In this document: one piece after another, positions 49,009-61,042 of the stretch
Layout: every line of letters starts with the position of its first letter
How positions within the stretch are numbered: the stretch's first letter is position 1
Assembly (NCBI RefSeq): GCF_041146345.1
Contig: NW_027191413.1
Coordinates: 1,054,001-1,118,000, forward strand
From: Neodothiora populina
Lineage: Eukaryota
Reading direction: 5' to 3'
Length of the DNA: 64,000 nucleotides
Made by a program: the position numbers and the translations under genes
Notes under the pieces: generated by a model
What the model was told of the DNA's origin: nothing
The model's input: the letters and a program-made list of their open reading frames with translations, nothing else
Databases searched by the model: none

Positions 49009-51039
49009 TCAAGGCATCAACTTCGACAGGGGTTCCGCGTTCTGTCTGTAAATCGCAAGCGGAACAGGCAAGTCGCCGCTGTATCCGACGTCGCCTTGCA
49101 TGGTCTCCAAGTGCCTCGTGACCTTGCCGACCAGCTTCGCGATCCACTTGTCATTAGCGGCAGCATCCACCACTACCTTGTGCATCTTGTCTTTCACATC
49201 GCCCTTGAGCGCTCTGGCGAATTCCTTGATGGTCTTGTGCTCCTTATCCATCGGGCTTTCGACCTTGAGATACTCGATGATCTTCGTCGCCTTTACAAGT
49301 GCAGCCACGAAATCAAGCAATTCTTGCTCAAGACATGCAGGAAGGCGGACGTGGGCCGAGATGCTGACGTTAGCCTCATCCTTGCCTGCTTGGTCCTTTT
49401 CATATTGCGCCTGTACAGTCTTAGGCTTGCCGTCAGCTTCATCGACATTCTTCTGAAGCTCCTCGAGCTTCTCCTCGGACGGCTTCTCCGGTAGAAGATG
49501 TTCGTGATGAGGCAAGAGGAAAGAGGGAACTTTGATGGTCGCATCAGCACCTCCAAGACGCACGATCTGCATCAGGTGCACTTCCTTCGGTAGCGTGCGA
49601 TGTGCGATGATATCGTCAAATCGAAGGTTAGCCGTGATGTCGTAATTTGTATCCATAGGAACAGATGCCAAACCGGTGAGATTGCCCAATTCAGCAACAA
49701 AGTTCGCATCAGCGAGCCAAGCAGACACCCGCTTTTTCAGACGGCGGATCTCAGAGTCGTCATCTGCAAAGTCCTTGAACACCAACTCAGAGAGCATGTG
49801 CTGGAGCCACTTGCCACTTCCACCAGCGGTGATCGAGCTGACATAAACGGGATGAAAGTATGCAATGGGGTTAAGCTGTGCTCGAAGCAGGAATGGGAAT
49901 CTGTGTAGCTGCTTGCGAATACTCGGATATACGCTTTTGATGGTAGAAACCCGGATCGCCTTTTTGGCCGGATGAGCTATGGTAGGCTTATCGTGCAGAG
50001 CGGAGCAAACAATAGCTCTGAGATTGGGCATGCTTTCGGTAAGGTGACTAGCCTCATCGCCTTTGTCTTTGATAGATTGCCTGGCTTCCTCATGAGCCTG
50101 GCGAATGACACTGGTCTTCTCGATGCAGTCCAGGAGCTCTTGATATTGCTGTCGTGCGCCATCGTCGTCTGGGGAGATACCCTTTACCGAGGAGAAGCCT
50201 GATCGTATTGAAGCGTTATCCGGTGCGTTGCCATCAGTCATGCGCTCGGCCATAGTAACGTCCGCGACCGATCTAGAGTCACCTGAAGCGGCAGCTGCAG
50301 CAAGAAGAGGTGTGTCGGCTACCATGAGAGGCTCGCCATCGCTATCCTTAGTATCCTGGGCGAGTTTTCCGAAGGTCATCTCGAATTCTCCTCCCTTCAG
50401 GTTGGCGAACACATCCGAGATGTCAATTCTCCTGAACAAGGCAATCTCGACCCTGTCTGTAACAAGTGCCAGCTCCATATCATCGGAGAACTTGATGCCG
50501 ACCTCGACGCCATGTGCAACGATCGTAAGAGTCGAGATCGATATGGTAACTCCGCGAATACACATGAGTCCCTCGACATCGACATCAATCTCCAGCGCGG
50601 GGAGATTGAACAGGCCGATCTTATCATTGGTGAATTGTAATTCCCGAAGAGCTGTCCTGAGTCTTCTTCTGACAAACTTTGCGACCAAATCAAATTGGAA
50701 CAAAGATGCCAGAAAGATAGACGGGTAACAGGCAGTCACAAAGACCCAGAACAACAGCCATGATGTTGCTGACACGGCGTAGACAAGGTTGAGGAGTGCG
50801 ATCCATGCCCAAATGTCGAGAAATGCCAACACACGAGTCCCTTTGGCTCCTCCCAGTAGCAAGACATAAGTCAGTGGAGCCGCCCCAGATAGTAGCCATC
50901 GCAATGGCCACTGATATATTGCAAGGATGGCGATTGATGCGCCAGCAAAGATGTGTGGTAGAACACCAGGGACGAATGACGTCTTCTCTAATTTATTGTC
51001 CTTCTCGGCAGGACTTGCCGATGGAGTTCTCGGCGCCAT
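49009..51039 (-). CDS. Uncharacterised membrane-anchored protein (N-terminal TM helices, beta-strand-rich soluble part)
   Basis: Long ORF with coding-like codon usage; about 4 hydrophobic segments, then alternating amphipathic strands. Likely start ATG 51039 (MAPRTPS). Confidence 0.8.
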   Translation of the reverse strand: MAPRTPSASPAEKDNKLEKTSFVPGVLPHIFAGASIAILAIYQWPLRWLLSGAAPLTYVLLLGGAKGTRVLAFLDIWAWIALLNLVYAVSATSWLLFWVFVTACYPSIFLASLFQFDLVAKFVRRRLRTALRELQFTNDKIGLFNLPALEIDVDVEGLMCIRGVTISISTLTIVAHGVEVGIKFSDDMELALVTDRVEIALFRRIDISDVFANLKGGEFEMTFGKLAQDTKDSDGEPLMVADTPLLAAAAASGDSRSVADVTMAERMTDGNAPDNASIRSGFSSVKGISPDDDGARQQYQELLDCIEKTSVIRQAHEEARQSIKDKGDEASHLTESMPNLRAIVCSALHDKPTIAHPAKKAIRVSTIKSVYPSIRKQLHRFPFLLRAQLNPIAYFHPVYVSSITAGGSGKWLQHMLSELVFKDFADDDSEIRRLKKRVSAWLADANFVAELGNLTGLASVPMDTNYDITANLRFDDIIAHRTLPKEVHLMQIVRLGGADATIKVPSFLLPHHEHLLPEKPSEEKLEELQKNVDEADGKPKTVQAQYEKDQAGKDEANVSISAHVRLPACLEQELLDFVAALVKATKIIEYLKVESPMDKEHKTIKEFARALKGDVKDKMHKVVVDAAANDKWIAKLVGKVTRHLETMQGDVGYSGDLPVPLAIYRQNAEPLSKLMP

Positions 51040-51408
51040 GGCAATATGAGTGGCCTGGCTCTGCAAGTCCGGGCAAAAGTTCACAATACTGCTTTTCGAA
51101 ACAGTGAACTTGAATCGTCTTTTGACTTGTAAAGACATAAAACAAAAAGCACAAGGGTGCGAAAAAAGACTTTAAGCCATCAAAAGAGCGTTTATTGTGT
51201 TTGGTTCCATGACTGGCGTTCCACGCTTCCAATTACTGGTAAATATGGATAGTGTGACGTCAGGTTGACCTCCGCTTCGAGTTCCCGTCCTGCAGCACAG
51301 CAACGACCAACATCGACCGGCGACGACCACATACCGAAGCTCCAAAGCTGCTGACCAACGTACCGTTGATCATAGCGTACGAAAAGAAAGTTATACACAC
51401 AACGCCAT

Positions 51409-52678
51409 ATGAATATCCTCAGAACCGCCAGGCAGAGCTTCCGTAGACCTATCTACCAAGTCATCGCAGGTGTATGTCTTAGCCTTCTGTTCCTATCCGT
51501 GAGACACTCATTGACGCCAAGCCACAAGCCCACTACATCACGCGCCATGCATATCCAATCAATCCCAATGTGTGAGTCGAAGCGTGATCACCTAAACATG
51601 ACGACTATAGAACATGTAGCTGAAAACTTGAGTAGGGGAGGGTAGTGGAAACAACTACGCCTATCTTGTTGTTGATGATAAGACCAAAGACGCTGTCATC
51701 ATTGACCCCGCAAACCCACCTGAGGTTCTACCAGTGTTGAAGGAGAAGACAAGCAGTGGAGCTATCAACCTCAAAAGTATTATCAACACTCACCAGTAAG
51801 ATGATCCGGTCCCCTTTGAGCGGAAGACCTGTTGAGCTGACCATATTCCAGTCACCATGACCATGCGGGAGGCAACGTCGAGTTTCTTAAGACTTATCCT
51901 CTACCGATCATTGGCGGTAGAGACTGCAGCAAGGTGACCAAGGTCCCATCTCATGGAGAGACATTCACCATCGGCGACAGCATCAAGGTCAAGGCCTTGC
52001 ATACTCCGTGCCACACCCAGGACAGCATTTGTTACCTTTTCGAGGACGGAGATGAGAAAGTCGTCTTCACTGGCGACACTCTTTTCATCGGCGGTAAGCC
52101 TTTGCGTGGTACATGCTTGTGCTTTCCTCTACTGAGACACATGCACAGGGTGTGGACGATTCTTCGAGGGCACACCGGAAGAAATGCACAAGGCTCTGAA
52201 TGAGACCTTGGCTGCGTTGCCTGATGACACCAAAGTCTACGTAAGTGTGCATAATGCTCGGAAGAGCTTGTTTTGGCGCCTCCAGCTATCTTCAGAATAA
52301 GTTACTGACCGTAATGTCGATCAGCCTGGTCACGAGTACACCAAAGGCAACGTGAAATTCGGTGTGAAGATCATGCAGAGTGAGCCGATCAAAAAGCTTG
52401 AGGCTTTTGCCGATGCGAACAAGCAGACGCAAGGCAAATTCACCATTGGTGATGAGAAGGTGTGTACTGTATACACTTTAGTGATATCGGTAATGGCTGA
52501 CATGAGTCTAGCTGCACAACGTCTTTATGAGGCTCGACGTAAGTCTCTGCCAGACAGGCGAGCGGATCTGTTATGTATGCTGACCATAAATTAGGACCCT
52601 GTTGTCCAGAAAGCGACTGGTAAGAGTAATCCCATCGACGTGATGGGCGCATTACGGGAGATGAAGAACAAGTCTTGA
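51409..52678 (+). CDS. GLO2: Glyoxalase II (hydroxyacylglutathione hydrolase), multi-exon; in-frame ATGs at 51409 and 51547
   Basis: [78 protein letters not shown]. Confidence 0.94.
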
Positions 52679-52808
52679 GCAGCTTCCGAATATTGGACAA
52701 GTGTAGAGGCATTTTGGACGCTTCTGACATAGCAGATCTCCACTGTATGATACTGCTCTCCTCTCCTGACTGTAGACTTTGTGATGCTGCCTGAGTACCC
52801 GCCGGACT

Positions 52809-55031
52809 TCACTTGATAGACGTGCCGAACATGGAGAACACCTGCATAGCGACAGCAGACTCGGTTCTGTCTTCCTTGTCAAGCTCGAGTGTCTGTCCCT
52901 TGACAAAACATTCGAATGGCAGGTTAGATAGCTTATGGTCCGCTGCAGAAATCCGGTCTTCGTCTTGAGGCTTATTTTTCTCTGGTGGATACAGCTCACC
53001 TCTCTCCTGGGCACCACGCTTCCTCTCCTCCAGATTACCCCATAGTATGGCCATCTGCTCTCGCAACCTGGCAAGATTTCTGGCATCTGTTTTCAGGTCT
53101 GTGGCTTCCTGATTGAGCAAGAACTCTGCATCCTGGTGATTGACTTGTAGCCACACCTGAGCCTTCACTTCCTCTGCAGATGACTTTGAAGCATAAGCGT
53201 CCTCAACTAGTAGAGTGAATGACCATTCCCATTGCGGTGTTAAATAGTCCAGATCAATCGGGTCGTAGTCGCTGTCTTGTGTCGCCCCTACAGGCTCTGA
53301 AAAGTCCTCGATCTTTGGTGGATAAAAGTCGACAACACGAACGCGAACTCGACTCAACCTTAGTGATGTGTCAGGCTTGCTGTTTTTTGCATTGGCTGGC
53401 TGCAAGGGAGGCGTCAGACTCGACAATGGCAATAGTTCAATATCCTGTCTGACGATACAGCGGATATTCTTGTTGTTAGAAGGCTGTTCGTGGTGGTCGG
53501 CCTGAGTCTTTTGTTTCCTTTCGGCTTTTTTGGCCTTGTCTCTTTTGCGCTTCTTTTGGCCTTTCGAAAGTTTCTCGTGTGACTCGCTGGGGGTTTGCTG
53601 GGCTTGCTGTCGAGCAAGCTTCGTCTTGTAGTCGTCTCGTCGCTTCGCGAGTGCTTTCTGAGTCGGGTCATCCTGATCCAGCTCAACGGGATGTATGCTG
53701 ATTTTGTTAGGGAATTTGTAATCTGTCCACAGATTGCCCTCCATCTTATTCTGCCTGCTTTGCTTTACTCTCATGTTTGAAATGTAGATGATGTCGCCAT
53801 CCTTGACTCTGGATTCGAATACTGAGGCGTGCGGTTGATGGACTTCGATTGTGAGTGTCATCGAGCCATATGGACCTGGCCAGTCACGCTTACTTGTCGG
53901 CATCATGTAGCCGAACTCATCTCCGTCCTGAACCCCCAAACTGTCGTCCTTCTCATAAGGCGAAGGGTAATTGAAGAGCATTGGATTTGAAGTATAATCT
54001 GTGACGTATACCTCGTAGGCACCATTCTGAGTGGGGAATATCTTGACGATCTCGACCAGAATGTCATAGAACTTGTTGAATGCAGCATCCTGGATGAGGG
54101 TGAATTTCTCACTGCGGCCATGTAGCTTTTCTGTAAAAGGACATGGCTATCAGCTGATGGATCGAGGCTGCATAGAGGGGGGTACGTACGCTCTCTGGCA
54201 GGAGGCTTCACTACATTACTGTCTTTTGAGTCTTCGACTGCACTGACACCAGTGTCCCCGAGAGCCTTCTCGGTAGCGCTTTTCATACGGACGACGAACT
54301 CCTGCTCTTCTTGAGACGGTGTCCACGGCTGCAAGGGAGTGTAGCAAATGCTTTTGCATATCTCTGTCGGCATATCCTGTCCGCGCCCTTGAGATTTTGG
54401 AACAACAGCAGGTATGCATGCTTTCGGAAATACAGCATACGATGTCTGTCGTTTTACACTGCAGAGAAGCGGAGCGGCACTAAACACTGTGGCCTAAGAG
54501 TTGATGGGTAAGCGAATGGGCAAGACACCATGCTGTAGAACAATTTGAAGGATAGAAAAGTCTCGCTATAAATGTTGGAGCTGCCATGGAGGATGTGTGT
54601 AGGGTATCACAACGTTCAGTGGTTTCACTAACTTTGTCCTGGAGCCAGAGAATGGCCGGAATGGGGATGGACGATACATGGCTGGTCATCTGCGGAAGAC
54701 ACTTACTTGAACTGCACGTAAGATAATGACATCTCCTACACCGTTGATATGTGGCAGTTGTGCTTCCTCGTCACAGAATATGCGAACCTTGATGCCTCCG
54801 TAAGGAGTGTTCTTTCTGGCTAGCTTGTGATCATTGATGATGAACGTAAGCATCCATTCTTTGGCCATCAGCTGAGTCTACAGTAGCCGGACCATTGTAA
54901 CACATACCATTCGTTCGTGTCTTCTTAGGTGGGAATGGCTTCTCGACGACCATGCCAATGACATTCTTGGTCCCTTTTGGGTACTCGAATGCCTCGGCGA
55001 GGCTATCGAAGCCTGGAGCTGTCAGAGCCAT
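52809..55031 (-). CDS. POT1: Telomere ssDNA-binding protein Pot1 (OB folds); 4 exons, introns include 54494-54706 and 54131-54189
   Basis: OB1 NVIGMVV...MLTFII.D...IKVRIF....LP.I..VGDVIILR; OB2 KFTLIQD....FYDILVEIVK...YVTDYTSN..LFNY...WPGPYG.MTL; C-terminal RVRVVDFYP..IEDF, WEWSFTLLVED, LWGNLEERK, PFECFVK. Confidence 0.88.
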
Positions 55032-55119
55032 GGTAGTCTACTGTAATCTCTCTCCATCTGATCAAGCAGTAACCTTGATGGCACCGCAGCTCAGATATAT
55101 CAATCTGCAGCGAGGGAAG

Positions 55120-55132
55120 ACGCGAAGCGCGT
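55120..55132. promoter_or_regulatory. MCB-like CGCG boxes (ACGCGAA, GCGCGT) ~90 bp upstream of POT1
   Basis: Motifs seen directly; function inferred from the G1/S regulation typical of DNA-metabolism genes. Confidence 0.35.
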
Positions 55133-55423
55133 AGAGTGGACGCTCGGACCACAAGCACAGCTACAGGCTTGGCACCGGGTAAACCGTGGGTCGAGAAAGA
55201 GAGAAGGTGCAAGTTCAAAAACCAGGTATTAAAGGAAAGAAGCAAAGGGTCATAGCGCAGTGTTGCCCCTCGTGCTTCTGACAGACTGCGGCTCACGGTT
55301 ATAATCAAAGAAAACACGGACCTTACAATTCTTCTTTGCTTGACGTACCCACCATCTGCGCATTCACTACTCATTCCCTTCCTTTACCTTTGAGAGGCGC
55401 CAGTAATCCCAAAACTCCTCATC

Positions 55424-57525
55424 ATGGCGGATCGATACATCCCGGAGCATCGCAGGACGACCTTCAAGGCGAAGAACACCTTCAAGCCAGACGAGCTCCG
55501 TCGTCGTCGTGAAGAACAGCAGGTGGAGATCAGAAAGCAGAAGCGCGAGGAGAACCTTGCGAAGAGAAGAGGAATCACAAACCGTGGCGAGAGTGCGCTT
55601 GGTGCCTCTCTGGGCGCTGCCCCCGACAGTGACGATGAGTCGGGCACTATCGAGAGCCAGGTATGTCTAACTCTTACATTTATCTGTTTATGCCGAAATT
55701 GCTCTCACTGCCACTTCATCAAGTGGGGCGTGAGTGGTTGAAAGCAAGAATCGACATTTCGAGCGAGCATGTGTCCCATGTCACACTTCACATGGCATTA
55801 CTCCAATAATGCCTCCCTCCTGCCTAGTCATGTGTTGATGCCCATTCATCCATCCATTCATTCCTTCATTCATCTATCCATTCTTTCATCGGGAAGCGAA
55901 GCAATGCTCCTCCTCATAATCATAATCTTAGAAAGCGACCCAGTCCAGTATGAGACAGAACCAACTGCTGACATTGACCTCCATCAGCTCAATGAGGAGC
56001 TCCCTGTGATGGTGCAGGGTGTTTTCTCGGACAAGATCGAAGAGCAAATTGCCGCCACGACCAAATTCAGAAAGCTCCTATCAAAGGAGCGCAACCCTCC
56101 TATCGAGCGTGTCATAGAGACTGGCGTAGTCGGCCGGTTCGTCGAATTCCTTCGCTCTCCCCACACCCTCGTTCAGTTTGAGGCTGCCTGGGCCCTTACC
56201 AACATTGCCTCCGGATCTGCTCAACAAACACAAGTCGTTATCAACGCCGGTGCCGTGCCCATCTTTGTTGAGTTGCTCGATAGCCCCGAGCCCGATGTCA
56301 GAGAGCAAGCCGTTTGGGCTCTCGGTAACATTGCTGGTGACAGCCCGCAATGTAGAGATTTTGTCCTCCAGTGCGGTGCTCTCACGCCCCTGGTCAACCT
56401 TCTCGGTAACACCATGAACCTCATCGAGAATGCGTCATCGGGGAATAACGATGCAGCAGGCAACAGCCGTAAGCTGAGCATGCTTCGTAATGCTACCTGG
56501 ACTCTGAGCAATTTCTGCCGTGGCAAGACCCCCCAGCCTGATTGGGCCACTGTAAGTTACTGCCGTTTCGTGCATTCACCGAGACATACCTGATATTGAC
56601 CCGCCATCCCTAGATCAACCCCGCTCTTCCAGTCCTTGCCAAGCTCATCTACTCTCTCGACGACGAGGTCCTCATCGATGCCTGCTGGGCCATCTCCTAC
56701 TTGTCGGATGGCTCCAACGACAAGATCCAGGCCGTCATCGAGGCCAACATCCCTCGCCGCCTCGTCGAGCTCCTCATGCACGCCTCGACTTCCGTGCAGA
56801 CCCCTGCCCTCCGTTCCGTTGGCAACATTGTCACCGGCGACGACGTTCAGACCCAGGTCATCATTAATAGCGGTGCTCTCACTGCTCTTCTCTCACTGCT
56901 CAGCTCCACCAAGGACGGCATCCGCAAGGAGGCTTGCTGGACCATCTCCAACATCACTGCTGGCAACTCCACTCAGATCCAGTCCGTCATCGACGCTGGT
57001 CTCATGGACCCCCTGATCCACCTTCTGTCCAACGGCGACTTCAAGACCAGAAAGGAGGCATGCTGGGCCATCTCCAACGCCACCTCTGGTGGACTCCAGA
57101 AGCCCGACCAGCTCCGCTACCTCGTCTCACATGGTGCCATCCGCCCATTGTGTGACCTGCTCTCGTGCCCCGATAACAAGATCATCCAGGTCGCTCTTGA
57201 CGGTCTCGAGAACATCCTCAAGGTCGGCGATATGGACAAGGAGGCTGCCGAGGGCACCAACGAGCCTCCGGTTAACCGTTACGCTCTCTTCATCGAGGAG
57301 TGCGGTGGCATGGAGAAGATCCACGATTGCCAGAACAACGCCAATGAGGAGATCTACATGAAGGCTTACAACATCATCGAGAAGTACTTCTCCGATGAGG
57401 AGGGCGAGGGCGACATGAACGAACTCGCTCCCCAGGCTGGACAAGACGGCCAGTTCGGCTTCGGTGCTCAACAACAGCAGCAAAACTTCAACTTCGCAAA
57501 TGGTGGTGACAGCATGGACATGTAA
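55424..57525 (+). CDS. SRP1: Importin subunit alpha (karyopherin alpha); introns 55661-55987, 56552-56613, possibly 56406-56459
   Basis: IBB domain [29 protein letters not shown] repeats [53 protein letters not shown]. Confidence 0.97.
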
Positions 57526-58511
57526 AGAGCTGGACGCACGTTCACACGTTCGCCACATGACTGTCCGCTCGACGAGCAGCAATCGCTTGACCGTCCCAAG
57601 CAAGTCTTCGACATGGTATCGCGTGCCATATGAGCAAAGTGCTTGGTCAAGGTTACGAGACCACTCGTACGAAATGTGCATCACTCTTTGCATAACGCAT
57701 CGATACCCCTTGTTTCCATGCCTTGTCCTCGGCGCCGACTCGCCTTTTCAACAAAGCCACGACAAGTATCACGTTTCTTTTTGCACCGACAACTCAAACA
57801 TCACACCCCATCCACGACGAACCAGTAAGAGAGCTGTTTTGGCTATCCTGGCATATTCCCCCTTGATGAGCTGGTATTCACTGGCAGGAAATCGATGCAC
57901 CGTCATGTAACCTCTTCTACCCCTTTGAATCCACCCCCACCACCAAGTTTCCTCACATCATATCCAATATCGTCGGCGTCAATGGTTTGGCTTCTTTTTC
58001 AAAGGGTTGCGGTTAATTCTTCCTGGCTGCGTGAATTTTAACCCCACCTTTTCCATCACCTCAATTGTCAAGAAGGAAATCAATCCTCACAACACTCACG
58101 TGTTGCACATCTCGTAGTCATACTGTTCCATAGACGTGCGAAGAAAATCGCACGACGTTGTTCTATATTATTTTTCTTATGCTGTTATGTGACGTGATCT
58201 GCTTGATCTACATGATTACATGTACTTTTATTGTGTTATCGTGCAGGCAAGAACAATCATCTGCTTCAGCACAATGTCAAGACATTTCTGCTTAAGGTGT
58301 TCCTTCCACATGCGTTCACAGGTCCACCTTGCCCATTAACAATGACCACACTCATCCTCATCCGCGGAGAAAGTATCGTGCTTCACCTAAGACAATAACC
58401 AAGCTCAAACATCTTGAGGGCCTGCCATCCCTCCACTACCACCAGCTCTGGTCCCTGCCGATATCCAAGGTGCCCGCCGTCAGCTTCTTCCGGAGCCGCC
58501 TTTATCATGCC

Positions 58512-59060
58512 ATGACCGACCAACAGTCTAGCGCCCTTGAAACTAGACGAGAAGCACCCTCAGCTATGGAGAACGCAATACACCGTCGAAACCACAACCA
58601 CAAAACCCTTCCCTCATCGTCATCCTCGACCTACAAGACCCAACCCCTAAAGGACACAGAAGCACAAACCGACCAGCCCCAACGCCCTCCCCGCGCCTTC
58701 AAGGTCCCTAAACCCCTTCCTCTGTTCCTCGACTCTGACGACGACTTTGCGCGACGTCTGAGCCCTGCTCACTTCCAGCAAGGCCTCGCGGGACGTTCAG
58801 AGCCGCTCTTTCCTACTCATTCCTGTGGTCTTGGACGCCAGGACCTACTACAGTCGCCAACACGACAGAAGAATTCGTGGTTCTCGAGGTTTTGGGAGGC
58901 GCTGATCGAGAGGATTGCTGATGCGTGGAGCGGCAGTGCTGGTGGCGTGTCTTCATGGATGGGTGGTCAATGCTCTTTGGAGGAAGGGTTGTTGGTCAGG
59001 GTCTCTGAGAGGGATAGAGAGATGTTGGGGGGCCTTGCTGGGGGGATTGATGGGTTGTGA
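58512..59060 (+). CDS. Hypothetical protein (~182 aa)
   Basis: gccATG start and an open frame with coding-like composition; no domain recognised. Confidence 0.5.
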   Translation: MTDQQSSALETRREAPSAMENAIHRRNHNHKTLPSSSSSTYKTQPLKDTEAQTDQPQRPPRAFKVPKPLPLFLDSDDDFARRLSPAHFQQGLAGRSEPLFPTHSCGLGRQDLLQSPTRQKNSWFSRFWEALIERIADAWSGSAGGVSSWMGGQCSLEEGLLVRVSERDREMLGGLAGGIDGL

Positions 59061-59383
59061 GGCTCAGTGGAAGGGGTGTTGATTGTGTGGACAGGTCTGG
59101 TGAGATGGTGTTGAGCTTGAGCATGGGGTGGGGTGTAGAGGGCGCCCATGGTACTGTGGCGCTGAGATTGGACCATGGTTGAGAGGGACTGGATGGGATG
59201 GGTGCTGTATAGCACATGCGGATTGACGGAGTCAAGGGGCTCAGCAGACAAGGTTGATCGTAAAAAGTGCATCTGAAAAATTGATCGGTCTAATCGTTAG
59301 TGTCTACGTCTATAATCTATAATTTGTATAATGGAAAACAAGTGCTTTTAAGGAAAAAATCCTTCGTTACTACTACAAGTCTC

Positions 59384-61042
59384 TCAGAGCTTGTACCGCC
59401 ACCCTGCTTCAGGCAAGGCTTGTCCTTCCACCTTCTCGTCAAGCGCATCATTCGCCTCGGCCTTTGCCAACGCGCGGTTCGACAGGCGATATTGCACATT
59501 GTTGAAGAGGTTCATGACGATGGCGACGGAAATCAGACAGACGATGACGGTCCATCCGGTCTTGTAGTGAGGCGCGTCTTCCGCCTGGAAGATTTGCGCA
59601 CCGACGATTCCGCCCAAGTTGGCAGACATGACGAACATGGCCATGGTGACGGAACGCTCAGCGGGCGAGCGAGAGTTCATCGATAGCCAGGCGCCGTTGA
59701 CGGGATGCCAGATGTACTGAACAGCCAGTGCGCATGTCAGCAGTGCGTAGCGTGCCTCTCTGGACTTGGAGTCGGCGAGGATGAGGTTGCCGAGCGTGAA
59801 GCCCCACCATAGGGAGAGACCACCAAGATTGACGAAACCGCGGCGGTTCGTCTTGTCTGCCAGGTAGCCTGATAAGAAGTTAAGTACGATCTGGATCCAA
59901 GGACCGACAGAACTGAGGGCGTTGGATCTGAGGCGGCCGTAGCCGAATGACTTGACGAGTGTCGGACCATACTGGCTCAGCGTTGTCACTGGAGCCATGC
60001 CACAGATGCCCATGATGACGTGAGGGTAGATTCTCCAATTGGAAAGGATATGACCAAGTTCCTTCATTGAGATGTGATCATGCTTTCGCTCCTTGCTGGC
60101 ATCGTCGTGAAGCACTCTTTGTCGAAGGATGTACTGCTCCCTTTCTGTGAAAGCTGTGAATCCTAAGAAACTCTTCGGGTGGTTCGGGTCCTTTGGCATC
60201 AATGCCATGAAGAGTAGTCCACTGCAGATAGTCATGATACCCTCAAGCTACGGGCAATACTGTCAGTCAATGTCGAACACGGTAGACATGGAGATGTACT
60301 CACTAAGAAAAGCCATTGCCAACCAGCCAAGCCACCGACGCCTCGCATCTGAAGACTTCTTTGTGTCAGCTACTGTTGTTGCGCCGATGATAGCGCACTT
60401 AGTTCGACTTACATTCCATAAGCCATAAGACCAGTGCAGGCGGCTGCAAAGTTGTTGCCGAAGAAGTAAACAGAAAAACGCTTAGACGTTTCTGACTTCT
60501 TGTAGTACATGGACAATACGTAGAGACCGCCAGGAATGAAGCCAGCCTCGCAAAGACCGAGCAAGAACCTAGTGGCGATATAAGGACCGAGTCCATGCTG
60601 GAAAGCCTGGAAAGTTGCCACTAGACCCCATGCCAAAATCTGACAACTGATCCAGACGCGTGGACCAACTTTGTAGAGGATAAGATTCGAGGGGATTTCC
60701 AGAATCACGATTCCAGCCGAGAGGAGTTGTTGTCCAATGTTGTACTGATATTGAGTGATGCCAGTGTCTTTGAGGAAGTTGTCGGTAAGGGCATTGCCCA
60801 TGTTCGTACGATCTAGTTGCAGGAAGAAGAATACGATAGTCAGGAGCGGCAGCACAGTAAAGTCGAGTCTTGCATTAAGTTAGCATGGCTGTAAAGCCTT
60901 AAACTTCGCATATTAATGCTTACTTGCGGACAACCCTCTTTTCCTCTTCGTCTGTCCAATCTTGAACAGTCACACTCTGACTCTCACTCTCTGGGGGGCT
61001 GTTGGTGCCATCGTAGATGACCTCTCCACTGAGCTTTCCCAT
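59384..61042 (-). CDS. MFS transporter, Dal5/Tna1 (anion:cation symporter) family; 4 exons
   Basis: DWTDEEEKRVVRK.D..VLPLL, LQLDRTNMGNA, LEIPSNLIL.KVGP, RFLLGLCEAGFIPG, GLAGWQWLF, IFQAEDAPHY. Confidence 0.92.

Noticed and set aside
55661..55987. Long importin-alpha intron as a possible snoRNA host
   Set aside because: Contains CATT/CATC repeats but no convincing box C/D pair or H/ACA structure by eye.
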